From the NCBI GenBank assembly GCA_040002695.1, contig JBDUEA010000003.1:1-47825 (forward strand): a stretch of 47,825 nucleotides of DNA, written 5' to 3'. Source of the stretch: Gemmatimonadota bacterium (GTDB taxonomy: Bacteria > Gemmatimonadota > Gemmatimonadetes > Gemmatimonadales > GWC2-71-9). The notes under the pieces are model-generated. The model was not told where the DNA came from. It searched no databases and was given only the letters and a program-made list of their open reading frames with translations. Positions 18,439-34,474 of this stretch are shown piece by piece. Positions within the stretch are counted from its first letter, which is position 1; every line of letters begins with the position of its first letter. Both the position numbers and the translations under genes were made by a program.

Positions 18439-19074
18439 ATGTCACGCTATACTGGTCCGAGCTGCCGGCTCTGCCGCCGCGAAGGCACCAAGCTGTTCCT
18501 CAAGGGCACCAAGTGCCTGACCGAGAAGTGCCCGGTCGAGCGCCGGGCCTATCCCGCCGGGCAGCACGGTCAGAACACCGGACGGCACCGCAAGGTGTCT
18601 GAGTACGCCAAGCAGCTGCGTGAGAAGCAGAAAGTGAAGCGGATGTATGGCCTCTCCGAGCGCCAGTTCCGCAACACCTTCGACGGCGTGAGCCGCGAAT
18701 CCGGTGTCAAAGGCACCAACCTGCTCGTGGCGCTCGAGTCGCGTCTCGACAACATCGTCTATCGGATGGGTTTCGCTTCCAGCCGCAAGTCGGCTCGGCA
18801 GCTGGTCCGTCACGGCCATGTCGACGTGAACGGTCGCCGGGTTGATGTGCCCTCGTTCCACGTGCTGCCCGGCCATGAAGTCCGCGTGGCGCCGGCGAGC
18901 CGTGAGAATCTTTCCGTCAAGCTGGCGCAGGAAAGCTCGACCCGTGGGGCCCCGGTGTCCTGGATCTCGGTCGATGGTGAGAAGGCGACCGGTCGCGTAC
19001 TCGAGCGTCCGACCCGCGAGGCCATTCCGATCAACGCACAAGAACAGCTCATCGTCGAGCTCTACTCGAAGTGA
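18439..19074 (+). CDS. rpsD: 30S ribosomal protein S4 (zinc-binding form)
   Basis: MSRYTGPSCRLCRREG..KC..KC; LESRLDNIVYR; LIVELYSK. Confidence 0.98.
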   Translation: MSRYTGPSCRLCRREGTKLFLKGTKCLTEKCPVERRAYPAGQHGQNTGRHRKVSEYAKQLREKQKVKRMYGLSERQFRNTFDGVSRESGVKGTNLLVALESRLDNIVYRMGFASSRKSARQLVRHGHVDVNGRRVDVPSFHVLPGHEVRVAPASRENLSVKLAQESSTRGAPVSWISVDGEKATGRVLERPTREAIPINAQEQLIVELYSK

Positions 19075-20135
19075 CCATGACCATCGACCTTACCGGCCTC
19101 GTGCGCCCGCATCTCGTCGAAATGACGAAGCGTGACGACAATCCGAACGCCGCCGAATTCCGACTCCAGCCCCTGGAACGCGGTTTCGGATATACCCTCG
19201 GTAATTCCCTCCGGCGCCTGCTGCTGAGCTCCCTCCGCGGCAGCGCGGTCTGGGCGTTCCGCCTCGATGGAGTGGTGCATGAACACCAGACCATCCAGGG
19301 CGTGCACGAGGACGTGCACCAGATCGTGCAGCGCCTCAAGGCGCTGACGCTCGTCCTCGCGGATGACGTTGACGACGCGGTGCTCCGCATCAAGAAGGAT
19401 GGTCCCGGCCCCGTGTACGCGCGGGATATCCAGCCCAATGGCGCGGTGCGGGTCGTCAATCCCGACCACCTGCTCTTCACCGTGCAGGACGATCGTGAAG
19501 TCGGTGGCGAGCTCTACGTCAACAAGGGCCGTGGCTACGTCGAGTCCGAGCTTCATCCGGCGGACCGCTCGATGCCGGTCGATCTCGTTCGTATCGATGC
19601 GATCTACAACCCGGTCCGTCGGGCCAACTTCTCGGTGGCCGAGACGCGCGTGGGTCAGCGCACCGACTATGACCGCCTGACCGTTACCGTCGAGACCAAC
19701 GGCACGATATCTCCTGAGGACGCGATCGCCTACGCGGCCGCACTCGCCCAGGAGCATTTCCGCTATTTCGTCGAATTCGGCAAGGTGCCCCTTGGCCGCG
19801 CCGATCAGTCCGGGGCTTCGCCGCTCGGAGGCAGTCAGCTCCGCGAACGGCTCGGCCGGCTCATCGACGACTTCGGTCTCTCGGTCCGCTCGCTGAATTC
19901 GCTCAAGAACTCGAACATCCGGACTCTCAAGGATCTGGTCGAGTTTACCGAAGAAGACCTGCTCAAGGTCAAGAACGTAGGCGAGAAGGCCCTTCGCGAG
20001 ATCGCTGATCTGCTTCGGCAGCAGGATCTCAACTTCGGAATGCAGTTCGAGGAATCGGATGGCGAGCTTCGCGTTCTCCGCGGCGGCACTCCTCCGACCG
20101 TTCGTGCCGGCGTCGAAGCCGGCGAGGAGGGCTGA
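19071..20135 (+). CDS. rpoA: RNA polymerase alpha subunit
   Basis: PLERGFGYTLGNSLRR, RVGQRTDYDRL, alpha-CTD LSVRSLNSLK..KNVGEKAL; start GTG 19071 or ATG 19077. Confidence 0.98.
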   Translation: MTMTIDLTGLVRPHLVEMTKRDDNPNAAEFRLQPLERGFGYTLGNSLRRLLLSSLRGSAVWAFRLDGVVHEHQTIQGVHEDVHQIVQRLKALTLVLADDVDDAVLRIKKDGPGPVYARDIQPNGAVRVVNPDHLLFTVQDDREVGGELYVNKGRGYVESELHPADRSMPVDLVRIDAIYNPVRRANFSVAETRVGQRTDYDRLTVTVETNGTISPEDAIAYAAALAQEHFRYFVEFGKVPLGRADQSGASPLGGSQLRERLGRLIDDFGLSVRSLNSLKNSNIRTLKDLVEFTEEDLLKVKNVGEKALREIADLLRQQDLNFGMQFEESDGELRVLRGGTPPTVRAGVEAGEEG

Positions 20136-20491
20136 TGCGGCACCAGGCAAAGGGTCGTCAGCTTTCCCGGACCGCGACGCACCGCCGGGCGATGCTGGCT
20201 AACATGGCGAGCAGTCTCTTCCTGCACGATCGGGTCGTGACCACCGAGGCCAAGGCCAAGGAACTCCGGCCGTACGCCGAGAAGCTGATTACACTCGCAC
20301 GCCGTGGCGATCTTCACGCCCGGCGTCTCGTTGCCCGGCGCATCCGGGAGCGCGACGCGCTCGCGAGGCTCTTCGCCGAGATCGGTCCCCGTTTCGCGGC
20401 CCGACCCGGCGGCTACACCCGCATTCTGAAACTCGGGCACCGGCAGGGTGATGGTGCGGATGTGGCCCGCATCGAGCTACTGTCCGAGTAG
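20135..20491 (+). CDS. rplQ: 50S ribosomal protein L17
   Basis: MRHQAKGRQLSRTATHR..TTEAKAKELR..RPGGYTRI. Confidence 0.98.
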   Translation: MRHQAKGRQLSRTATHRRAMLANMASSLFLHDRVVTTEAKAKELRPYAEKLITLARRGDLHARRLVARRIRERDALARLFAEIGPRFAARPGGYTRILKLGHRQGDGADVARIELLSE

Positions 20492-20538
20492 CAATGTGAC
20501 TGGCGACTTCCGGGCTGACTCCGCGAACCAGAAATGCC

Positions 20539-20566
20539 AAAGGGGACCCCAGGGTCCCCTTTTTTT
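20539..20566 (+). terminator. intrinsic terminator between convergent rplQ and rpmB
   Basis: AAAGGGGACCC-CA-GGGTCCCC followed by seven T. Confidence 0.85.
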
Positions 20567-20615
20567 GACTCTATCGCCGTCGGGCAGTCCGGCCGCCGTT
20601 ACGCCGGTGGACGGA

Positions 20616-20837
20616 TCAGCTCGCCGCGCCGACCGTGGATCCGCGACCGCTCGCCTTCTTCACCTTGTTGCTCTTGATGCACTGGGTGCAGACCCGCACT
20701 CGGCGCGGGGCGCCTTCGACCATGACACGCACCGTCTGGAGATTGGGATACCAGCGGCGGTTGGTCCGATTGTTCGCGTGGCTCACGTTGTGGCCGGTGA
20801 CCGGGCCCTTGCCACACATAGTGCACACCCGCGCCAT
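20616..20837 (-). CDS. rpmB: 50S ribosomal protein L28
   Basis: [39 protein letters not shown]. Confidence 0.97.
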   Translation of the reverse strand: MARVCTMCGKGPVTGHNVSHANNRTNRRWYPNLQTVRVMVEGAPRRVRVCTQCIKSNKVKKASGRGSTVGAAS

Positions 20838-20856
20838 AAACTCACCCTGTCGATGA

Positions 20857-26105
<5,249 letters not shown>

Positions 26106-26109
<4 letters not shown>

Positions 26110-27056
26110 ACGCTCGCGATCCCGGATTCATCGAGCTTCTGCGCCATCTGGTCTCAGGCGAGGTTCGGGAACGGGAACCACTCGCCCGCTGGTCGACATA
26201 CCGGATCGGTGGGCCGGCCACTGTGCTGATGCCGCACGCGGTGGAGGACGTGGCCGTCGCGCTCCGCACGGCCCGCGATGTCGGCGTTCCCTGGATGGCG
26301 CTGGGACTGGGCTCCAACGTTCTCCTTCCGGACGAAGGCGTGGACGCGCTGGTGATTCGCCTCGGCAAGGGCCTGGACAGCATTCGGGGCGAAGGCGAGC
26401 GATGGACCATCGGTGCGGGACTGCCCGCTCCGCTCGCCGCGCGGCGTACGGCCGAAGGAGGCTGGAGCGGCCTGCACAAGATGGTCGGCGTACCCGGTAG
26501 CGTAGGGGGCGGCGTATTCATGAACGCCGGCTGCCATGGCGCACAGTGGTCGGATGTCATCGATCAGGTGACGCTCGTGAATGGCGATGGAGTGATGAGT
26601 GTGCGGGGCAGACACGAGATCGACTTCGCGTACCGGACGAGCGGTCTCGAGGGTTTCGTCGTCCTCGAAACGGACGTCATCCTTCGGGCCGAGACGCCGG
26701 CCCGGCTCACGGAGGAGGTGAACGATCTCTTTCGCTGGCGCCAGGAGGGGACGCCGTTCAATAGGCCGTGCTGCGGCAGTGTGTTCAAGAACCCTGCTTC
26801 AGTCGTGGGCGCGCCCCACCGGACGGCGGGACAGCTCATCGAGTCGGCCGGGCTCAAGGGGTTCACTCTCGGGGGAGCGCAGATCTCGCCGATGCACGCG
26901 AATTACATCGTGAACACCGGTGGCGCGACCGCCGCCGAAGTGCGCGGTGTCATCGCGCAGGTGCAACGCACGGTGCGGGAGCGGTTCGGCGCGAGGCTGG
27001 AGACGGAAGTGAAGATCATCCGGCCGGACGGCCGGATGGAGACCGCTCGGGAGTAG
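26106..27056 (+). CDS. murB: UDP-N-acetylenolpyruvoylglucosamine reductase
   Basis: [49 protein letters not shown]. Confidence 0.95.
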
Positions 27057-27109
27057 CGGGTTTACCGCGGAGCGGCGTCTCGCCATCCGCCAATAAAGGA
27101 TCGTACGCG

Positions 27110-27700
27110 ATGCCGGAGTATTTCGTCCACGAATCTGCTTATGTCGATGACGGCGCGATCGTGGGGAAGGGGACGAAGGTTTGGCATTTCTGTCACGTGA
27201 TGCCCGGCGCGACTATCGGCGAGCGCTGCAACCTTGGCCAGAATGTCGTCGTCATGCCGGGGACGCGAATCGGCAACAACGTCAAGATCCAGAATAACGT
27301 CTCGATCTATGAAGGCGTGGTGCTCGAGGACGACACCTTCTGCGGTCCGAGTTGCGTGTTCACCAACGTGCTCAATCCGCGGAGTCACGTCTCGCGGAAG
27401 ACCGAATATCGAGAGACCCGGGTGCGCAAAGGCGCCACGATCGGGGCCAACGCAACCATCGTGTGTGGAGTCACCCTGGGGATGTACGCCTTCGTCGGGG
27501 CCGGCGCAGTGGTGACCAGCGATGTGCCGGACTTCGCGCTGATGGTCGGCGTTCCCGCCCGCCGGGTCGGATGGATGTGCCAGTGCGGCATCCGGTTACA
27601 GGTCAAGGACAAGGCGGCGGCCTGCGGGACCTGTGGAGCCACGTATCGCGAAGTGGATGGCTCGCTTACGATGATTGACCCACCCCGCGACTCCCGCTAG
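27110..27700 (+). CDS. wbpD: hexapeptide N-acetyltransferase, WbpD-like
   Basis: [38 protein letters not shown]; C-terminal CQCG..CGTC. Confidence 0.85.
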   Translation: MPEYFVHESAYVDDGAIVGKGTKVWHFCHVMPGATIGERCNLGQNVVVMPGTRIGNNVKIQNNVSIYEGVVLEDDTFCGPSCVFTNVLNPRSHVSRKTEYRETRVRKGATIGANATIVCGVTLGMYAFVGAGAVVTSDVPDFALMVGVPARRVGWMCQCGIRLQVKDKAAACGTCGATYREVDGSLTMIDPPRDSR

Positions 27701-27703
27701 TTT
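27675..27703 (+). promoter_or_regulatory. internal promoter at the end of wbpD
   Basis: TTGACC-17-TAGTTT; the -10 element overlaps the wbpD stop codon. Confidence 0.6.
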
Positions 27704-27713
27704 TCCGCCGCGC

Positions 27714-27790
27714 TGACGGGACCGGAGTGTCCCGTGCAATGGGCTATGCATCATGAGCCACCGCTCCGGAGCTCATGGCGCATAGCCCAT
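27714..27790 (+). ncRNA. candidate structured leader RNA (two hairpins with complementary loops)
   Basis: Stem ACGGGAC/GTCCCGT with loop CGGAGT; 20-bp stem 27739-27758/27771-27790 whose loop contains GCTCCG. Confidence 0.4.
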
Positions 27791-27855
27791 AACCGTGGGG
27801 GCGTGCTCTGCGCCGCTCTGCCGTCCATCACGATTCGAATTCCGAGGCCTCTCTC

Positions 27856-28971
27856 TTGAACGTTCCGCTGCTCGATCTCGTCGCCCAGTATCAATCGATC
27901 AAGGACGCGGTGCTCCCCGCCATGATGGCCGTCATCGAACGGCAGGGCTTCATCATGGGCGCCGAGGTGGCTGAACTCGAATCCGCAGTCGCGAAAATTT
28001 CGGGTGCGAAGCACGGGATCGCCTGCGCGAGCGGCACCGATGCGCTGCTGCTTCCGCTCAAGGCGATGAATCTGCAGCCCGGCGATGAAGTCATCACGAC
28101 GGCCTTCACCTTCTTCGCCACCGCGGGCGCCATTCATAATGCCGGCGGCAAGCCGGTCTTCGTGGACATCGATCCCGTCACCTTCAACATCCTCCCCGAG
28201 GCCATCGAAGCGGCGATCACGCCACGAACCCGCGCCATCATCGTGGTGCACCTCTTCGGGCAGATGTGCGCGGTGGAGCGGATTCTGCCGATCGCGACGC
28301 GGCACGGTCTCCAGCTCATCGAGGACGGGGCACAATCGATCGGTGCACGGCGAAAGATCGACGGTCAGTGGCACATGGCGGGGGAGCTTGGCACGGTGGG
28401 CACGCTGTCGTTCTTTCCGAGCAAGAATCTTGGCGCCTGGGGCGATGGCGGCATGATCGTCACCCAGGACGACGCACTCGCGGCCAGACTCCGGAAGCTT
28501 CGGCTGCATGGGGGCGCCAAGCAGTATCATCATGATGAAGTCGGCACCAACAGTCGGCTCGATACGCTCCAGGCCGCCGTGCTGCTCGCGAAGCTGCCGT
28601 TCCTGGCGGCATGGAGCGAGGCACGTCGTCATCACGCCGCGCGATACTCCGAGGCATTCACGGGACACGCGGCAATCCGTCCTCCGGTCACCGACCCGTT
28701 GAACGAACACATCTTTCACCAGTACACGGTTCGCGCGCCGCGGCGGGACGCGTTGCAGGCGCATCTCAAGGCTCAGGGAATTGGAAACGCCGTCTATTAC
28801 CCGCTGGCGCTCCACCTCCAGCCCTGCTTCGCCGACCTCGGCTACAAACGCGGCAGCCTCCCGGCTACCGAAGCGGCGATGGACGCAGTCATCTCGCTTC
28901 CCGTGTATCCCGAGCTGACCACCGCCCAGCAGGACGCCGTCATCGCGGCGTTCAAGGGTTTCTTCGCGTGA
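27856..28971 (+). CDS. wbpE: DegT/DnrJ/EryC1/StrS aminotransferase, WbpE-like
   Basis: VPLLDL..SGTDAL..VHLFGQ..EDGAQ..SFFPSKNLG..NSRLD; TTG start after GAGG. Confidence 0.85.
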   Translation: MNVPLLDLVAQYQSIKDAVLPAMMAVIERQGFIMGAEVAELESAVAKISGAKHGIACASGTDALLLPLKAMNLQPGDEVITTAFTFFATAGAIHNAGGKPVFVDIDPVTFNILPEAIEAAITPRTRAIIVVHLFGQMCAVERILPIATRHGLQLIEDGAQSIGARRKIDGQWHMAGELGTVGTLSFFPSKNLGAWGDGGMIVTQDDALAARLRKLRLHGGAKQYHHDEVGTNSRLDTLQAAVLLAKLPFLAAWSEARRHHAARYSEAFTGHAAIRPPVTDPLNEHIFHQYTVRAPRRDALQAHLKAQGIGNAVYYPLALHLQPCFADLGYKRGSLPATEAAMDAVISLPVYPELTTAQQDAVIAAFKGFFA

Positions 28972-29984
28972 GCCGCGTGCGGGTCGGCGTAATCGGGGCG
29001 GGTGCCTGGGGGAAGAATCACGTGCGGACCGCGGCCACGTCTGCGGACGCGGAGCTGGTAGCCGTCTGCGACTCGAATCCCGCCACGCGTGCCGCGCTGG
29101 CGCGACAGTATCCCGCGGTCGAATTCACGGATTCCGTCAAGGATCTGCTCGGGAAGGTCGAGGCCGTCATCGTGGCCACGCCGGCCAAGACCCACGCCGA
29201 CGTGGGCACCCAGGCAATCGAGGCGGGGATTCCAGCCCTGATCGAGAAACCGTTCGCCCTCACGGTGGCCGATGCGGAGCGACTTGGCGAGCTCGCGGCT
29301 CGTCGTGGAGTGCCACTGCTGGTCGGTCACCTGCTGGAATACCATCCGGTGGTGGAACGGCTGCGAACTTTGATGACGGATCAGACGCTCGGGGAGATCT
29401 ATTATCTCTATGCCCAGCGGGTGAATCTGGGACAGATCCGGCCCGACGAGAACGCGTTGTGGAGCTTCGGCCCGCATGATGTTTCAGTGGCCCTGTTCTT
29501 GCTAGGCGAGGGCCCTGCGACCGTGGCCGCGCAGGGTCATTCCTATCTGCAGCGCGGAATCGAAGACGTAGTATTCCTGACGATGACCTTTGCCTCCGGG
29601 ATCATGGCCAACGTACAGATGTCCTGGCTCGATCCGCATAAGGAACGCAGGCTGACCGTCGTCGGGTCCCGGCAGATGGCGGTGTTCGACGACATGGCTC
29701 CGCGCGAGAAGTTGCGGATCTACGACAAGGGCGTCAATCGTCCGCCCGAATACAAGTCCTACGGTGAAAGCCTCACGATCCGTGAGGGGGATATCTTCAT
29801 TCCCCGGCTCCCGAATGCCGAGCCGCTTACTGTTCAGTTTCAGCATTTCATGCAGGTTGTCCGGGGCCAGCAGGCTCCGCGCGCCGACGCGGCGGATGGC
29901 ATCCGCGTCGTACGTGTGCTGGATGCCGCAACGCGCTCACTCGCGCAGGGCGGCGTTCCGATCTCTGTCGGGGGTTCGCAATGA
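28968..29984 (+). CDS. Gfo/Idh/MocA oxidoreductase, WbpB/GnnA-like
   Basis: GAGAWGKNH, EKP, SFGPHD, SWLDP.K.R; operon context. Confidence 0.88.
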   Translation: MSRVRVGVIGAGAWGKNHVRTAATSADAELVAVCDSNPATRAALARQYPAVEFTDSVKDLLGKVEAVIVATPAKTHADVGTQAIEAGIPALIEKPFALTVADAERLGELAARRGVPLLVGHLLEYHPVVERLRTLMTDQTLGEIYYLYAQRVNLGQIRPDENALWSFGPHDVSVALFLLGEGPATVAAQGHSYLQRGIEDVVFLTMTFASGIMANVQMSWLDPHKERRLTVVGSRQMAVFDDMAPREKLRIYDKGVNRPPEYKSYGESLTIREGDIFIPRLPNAEPLTVQFQHFMQVVRGQQAPRADAADGIRVVRVLDAATRSLAQGGVPISVGGSQ

Positions 29985-31267
29985 CGATTGCTCAGGATCT
30001 GATCGCGAAGGCTGAACGGCGGGACATTCTTTTCGGCATCATCGGCCTGGGGTACGTGGGGCTGCCGCTGGCCGTCGAGCTCGCCAATGCCGGCTATCGC
30101 GTACTCGGCTATGACGTGAATCAGCGCGTGGTGGACGGGCTCAACGCCGGCCATTCGCACATCAAGGACATCTCGGACGCCCAGCTGCAAGGCGCGCTCA
30201 AGGGCGGGCGCTTCTCGGCGACCTCGGACGGCGCGCGCCTCGGCGAACCCGATGCGATTTCCATCTGCGTTCCGACGCCGCTCTCCAAGTTCAAGGATCC
30301 CGACGTCAGCTACATCGTCGCGGCGACCGAAGCGGTGAAGAAGACGCTCCGGAAGGGACAGGCGATCATCCTCGAGAGCACGACGTACCCCGGCACCACC
30401 CGCGAAATCATGCTGCCGGCGCTCGAGAGCACTGGGCTCACGGTCGGAGAAGATTTCTTCCTCGCGTTCAGCCCCGAGCGCGTCGATCCGGGCAATTCGA
30501 AATATGGTACCCGCAATACGCCCAAGGTCGTCGGCGGTATCACCGAGCGCTGCCACCAGGTGGCCTGCGCGCTCTATCAGCCGGCGATCGACGTCCTCGT
30601 CCCCGTCTCCACGACCGAGGCCGCCGAGCTGGTCAAGCTGCTGGAGAACACCTTCCGCAGCGTCAATATCGGCCTCGTGAACGAAATGGCGATCGTCTGC
30701 GACAAGCTCGGCGTCGATGTCTGGGAAGTGATCGAAGCGGCCGCGACGAAGCCCTTCGGCTTCATGAAGTTTCTTCCGGGCCCGGGACTCGGCGGACACT
30801 GTATTCCCATCGATCCGCACTACCTTGCGTGGAAGATGCGCGGGCTCAACTACAAGACCCGGTTCATCGATCTCGCGGGCGAGCTCAACACGGAAATGCC
30901 GGTCTTCTGGGTGCGCAAGGTTGGCGACGCGCTCAACGGCGTAGGCAAGGCGGTGCGAGGCTCCAAGATCCTGGTTCTGGGCATCGCCTACAAGCGGGAT
31001 ATCGACGACATGCGCGAGAGTCCCGCGCTCGACATCATCCGCCTGCTCGAGCAGCAGGGCGCCAAGGTGAGTTATCACGACCCGCATGTGGCGGTCTTCA
31101 AGGAGGACGGCCACGAGATGCGGTCGGTCGCCTTCTCCGCTGACACGCTGAAGGCCGCCGACTGCGTCATGGTAGTCACCGACCACACCGCAATCGACTA
31201 CCAGCTCGTGAAGAAGCACGCCGTACTCGTGGTCGACACCCGTAATGCCCTCGCGCGGAGCAACTGA
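29981..31267 (+). CDS. wbpA: UDP-N-acetylglucosamine 6-dehydrogenase, WbpA-like
   Basis: GLGYVGLP, CVPTP, ESTTYPGTT, SPERVDPGN, KLLENTFR, GGHCIPIDP. Confidence 0.85.
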   Translation: MTIAQDLIAKAERRDILFGIIGLGYVGLPLAVELANAGYRVLGYDVNQRVVDGLNAGHSHIKDISDAQLQGALKGGRFSATSDGARLGEPDAISICVPTPLSKFKDPDVSYIVAATEAVKKTLRKGQAIILESTTYPGTTREIMLPALESTGLTVGEDFFLAFSPERVDPGNSKYGTRNTPKVVGGITERCHQVACALYQPAIDVLVPVSTTEAAELVKLLENTFRSVNIGLVNEMAIVCDKLGVDVWEVIEAAATKPFGFMKFLPGPGLGGHCIPIDPHYLAWKMRGLNYKTRFIDLAGELNTEMPVFWVRKVGDALNGVGKAVRGSKILVLGIAYKRDIDDMRESPALDIIRLLEQQGAKVSYHDPHVAVFKEDGHEMRSVAFSADTLKAADCVMVVTDHTAIDYQLVKKHAVLVVDTRNALARSN

Positions 31268-31269
31268 GC

Positions 31270-32577
31270 TTGCGCGTCGCCGTTATCGGAAGTGGGTACG
31301 TCGGGCTGGTGGCGGGAGCATGCCTGGCGGAGACTGGCAATGATGTGATCTGCGCGGATGTCGATGCCGCCAAGGTGGCGCGGCTCAAGGCCAACGACAT
31401 CCCGATCTACGAACCGGGCCTCGAGCCGATGATCGCCAGCAATCAGGCTGAGGGACGCCTGAGCTTCACGACCGACGTGGGCGATGCGGTCGAGCGCTCC
31501 CGCGTCGTCTTCATCGCCGTCGGAACTCCGCCCGGCGAAGACGGTTCCGCCGACCTCCAGTACGTGCTCGCGGTGGCCCGCACTATCGGCCGCCACATGA
31601 CCACCCCCAAGATCGTCATCACGAAATCGACGGTGCCGGTCGGCACTGCCGACAAGGTGCGCGCCGCCATCAAGGCCGAGACGAGCGTGCCCTTCAGCGT
31701 GTGCTCGAATCCGGAGTTCCTGAAGGAAGGCGCGGCGATCGACGATTTCATGAAGCCTGACCGGGTGGTCGTCGGTGTCGATTCGGAAGAATCGCGCGAG
31801 GTACTCAGTGAGCTGTACGCGCCCTTCGTCCGCACCGGGAATCCCATCCTGTTCATGGATATCCCGTCCGCCGAAGTGACCAAGTACGCCGCGAATGCAA
31901 TGCTCGCCACCCGGATTTCGTTCATGAACCAGATCGCCGAGTTCTGCGAGCATGTCGGTGCCGACGTGCGCGATGTGCGGCAGGGCATCGGGAGTGACCG
32001 GCGAATCGGGCAGGCGTTTCTCTTTCCCGGTCCCGGCTACGGCGGCTCCTGTTTTCCGAAGGACGTGAAGGCGCTGATTCGATCCGCCACCGATCTCGGA
32101 CTTGATTTCGATCTGCTCGAGTCGGTTGAAGCGGTCAACGAGCGACAGAAGCTGGTACTGCTGCGGAAGACGCTGCGGGAACTCGGCGAGACGCTCGCCG
32201 GCAAGACCGTCGCGGTATGGGGCCTCGCGTTCAAGGCGGAAACCGACGACATGCGCGAGAGTCCGTCCATTCCGCTCATCGAGGGTTTGCTCGCTGCCGG
32301 GGGACGAGTACAGGCCCATGATCCCAAGGCCACGGATTCTGCCCGCGCACTCTTCGGCGATCGGGTGATGTACGGAGCCGATCCCTACAGCGCCGCGCAT
32401 GGGGCCGATGCGCTGGTGATCGTCACCGAATGGCTGGTGTATCGGAATCCTGATTTCGAGCGACTCCGCTCGCTGCTCAGGCGCCCTCTCGTGATCGACG
32501 GACGCAATCTCTATGATCCGGCGCGCATGAAGAGCATGGGCTTCTCGTATCATGGCATCGGGCGGACTCGCGCATGA
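31270..32577 (+). CDS. ugd: UDP-glucose 6-dehydrogenase
   Basis: [44 protein letters not shown]; TTG start. Confidence 0.94.
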   Translation: MRVAVIGSGYVGLVAGACLAETGNDVICADVDAAKVARLKANDIPIYEPGLEPMIASNQAEGRLSFTTDVGDAVERSRVVFIAVGTPPGEDGSADLQYVLAVARTIGRHMTTPKIVITKSTVPVGTADKVRAAIKAETSVPFSVCSNPEFLKEGAAIDDFMKPDRVVVGVDSEESREVLSELYAPFVRTGNPILFMDIPSAEVTKYAANAMLATRISFMNQIAEFCEHVGADVRDVRQGIGSDRRIGQAFLFPGPGYGGSCFPKDVKALIRSATDLGLDFDLLESVEAVNERQKLVLLRKTLRELGETLAGKTVAVWGLAFKAETDDMRESPSIPLIEGLLAAGGRVQAHDPKATDSARALFGDRVMYGADPYSAAHGADALVIVTEWLVYRNPDFERLRSLLRRPLVIDGRNLYDPARMKSMGFSYHGIGRTRA

Positions 32578-33509
32578 AGGTGCTCATTACCGGGGCGGCC
32601 GGCTTCCTCGGGTCGCATCTGTCGGACCGCTTCCTCGCCGATGGTCACGAAGTGCTCGGGATGGACAACTTCCGGACCGGGTCGCCCGCGAACATCGCGC
32701 ATCTTGCCGACAATCCGAAATTCAGCTTCGTCGAGCATGATGTGACGAAGTTCATCGCCGTCGATGGCCCGCTCGACGGCGTGCTGCACTTTGCCTCGCC
32801 GGCCAGCCCCATCGACTATCTCGAGCTGCCGATCCAGACTCTCAAGGTCGGTTCGCTCGGCACCCACAATTCGCTGGGCCTCGCCAAGGCCAAGGGCGCG
32901 CGGTTCTTCCTGGCCTCGACCTCAGAAGTCTATGGCGATCCGCTCGTGCACCCGCAGCCGGAGACCTACTGGGGCAACGTCAACCCGGTGGGGCCGCGCG
33001 GAGTCTATGACGAGGCCAAGCGGTTCGCCGAGGCGATGACCATGGCCTATCATCGCTATCACGACATCGATACACGCATCGTTCGGATCTTCAATACCTA
33101 CGGGCCGCGCATGCGCGCCCGTGACGGACGCGTAGTTTCGAACTTCGTGGTGCAGGCATTGCTCGGCGAGCCACTGACCATCTACGGCGACGGCTCGCAG
33201 ACTCGCTCCTTCTGCTATGTCTCGGATCTGATCGATGGAATCGTGCGCCTTTTCCACAGTAATCGCACCGATCCGACCAACGTCGGCAATCCGAACGAAT
33301 TCACCGTGCTGCAACTGGCCGAGGCCGTCCTGCGCCTCACCGGCTCATCCGCGAAAATCGAGCGCCATCCGCTCCCGACCGACGATCCCAAGGTCCGCAA
33401 GCCGGACATTACCCATGCCCGCGCCGCGCTCAATTGGGAGCCGACAATCGAGCTGGAAGATGGCCTCCGTCGCACCATCGAATTCTTCGGAAAACAGTTG
33501 AGGCGATGA
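32574..33509 (+). CDS. uxs: UDP-glucuronic acid decarboxylase (UDP-xylose synthase)
   Basis: [55 protein letters not shown]. Confidence 0.92.
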   Translation: MKVLITGAAGFLGSHLSDRFLADGHEVLGMDNFRTGSPANIAHLADNPKFSFVEHDVTKFIAVDGPLDGVLHFASPASPIDYLELPIQTLKVGSLGTHNSLGLAKAKGARFFLASTSEVYGDPLVHPQPETYWGNVNPVGPRGVYDEAKRFAEAMTMAYHRYHDIDTRIVRIFNTYGPRMRARDGRVVSNFVVQALLGEPLTIYGDGSQTRSFCYVSDLIDGIVRLFHSNRTDPTNVGNPNEFTVLQLAEAVLRLTGSSAKIERHPLPTDDPKVRKPDITHARAALNWEPTIELEDGLRRTIEFFGKQLRR

Positions 33510-34474
33510 CGCGCCTTCTCCTGACCGGCGCGGCTGGCTTCATCGGCTCCCATGTCGCCGAGAGTCTGACCGCCCGGGGGGACGAGGTCGTGGGCGTCGA
33601 CAATTTCGACCCGTTCTATCACCGGTCCATCAAGGAACGGAACCTGGCGCTCCTCCGCGGGCGGCCCGGCTTCTCGCTGCATGAACTCGACGTGGTCGAC
33701 GCAGACGCCCTCCGGACGCTGCTGACTCCCGAAACTGTCATCGTCCATCTCGCCGCCAAAGCGGGAGTCCGGCCATCACTCGCGGATCCGCTCGCGTACG
33801 TGCGCGCAAATCTCCTCGGCACCGCAGCTGTGCTCGACGCCGCACGACACGCCGGTGTCACCCGCATCATCTTCGGCTCGTCGTCTTCGGTATACGGAGA
33901 CGACACGCCGACGCCGTTCCATGAGGACGCCGCGGCGATCTCGCCAGTCTCTCCCTATGCCGCCACCAAGCGCGCGGGCGAGCTGCTCCTCTCCTCGCAG
34001 GCCGGTCACTTCGGCTTCCGCGCAGCGGCGCTCCGCTTCTTCACCGTCTATGGTCCGCGTCAGCGTCCAGACCTGGCCATCCACTCGTTTACCCGGCGCA
34101 TCAGCGAAGGCCAGCCGATCACGCTCTTCGGGACGGGAGCGGAGTCGCGCGACTATACGTATTATTCCGACATCGTCACCGGTGTCATCGCGGCCATCGA
34201 CTGGACCGCACGCGCCCCCGTCGGGGTCGAGGCCTTCAATCTCGGCGGCAACCGCGTGGTACCGCTCAGAACAATGGTTGATGAAATCTCGGCAGCGCTC
34301 GGGATAGTTCCCATCATTCAGTGGGCGCCCATGCAGCCCGGAGACGTGACGCACACCGCGGCCGATCTCACGAAATCGACCCGGGTGCTGGGCTACCATC
34401 CCAGTACTCCCTTTCCGGAGGGGATCCGGCGATTCGTGGCGTGGTTTCGGGAGACCTATGCGAGTCAGCGATGA
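33506..34474 (+). CDS. NAD-dependent epimerase, UDP-glucuronate 4-epimerase-like
   Basis: [43 protein letters not shown]. Confidence 0.9.
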   Translation: MTRLLLTGAAGFIGSHVAESLTARGDEVVGVDNFDPFYHRSIKERNLALLRGRPGFSLHELDVVDADALRTLLTPETVIVHLAAKAGVRPSLADPLAYVRANLLGTAAVLDAARHAGVTRIIFGSSSSVYGDDTPTPFHEDAAAISPVSPYAATKRAGELLLSSQAGHFGFRAAALRFFTVYGPRQRPDLAIHSFTRRISEGQPITLFGTGAESRDYTYYSDIVTGVIAAIDWTARAPVGVEAFNLGGNRVVPLRTMVDEISAALGIVPIIQWAPMQPGDVTHTAADLTKSTRVLGYHPSTPFPEGIRRFVAWFRETYASQR

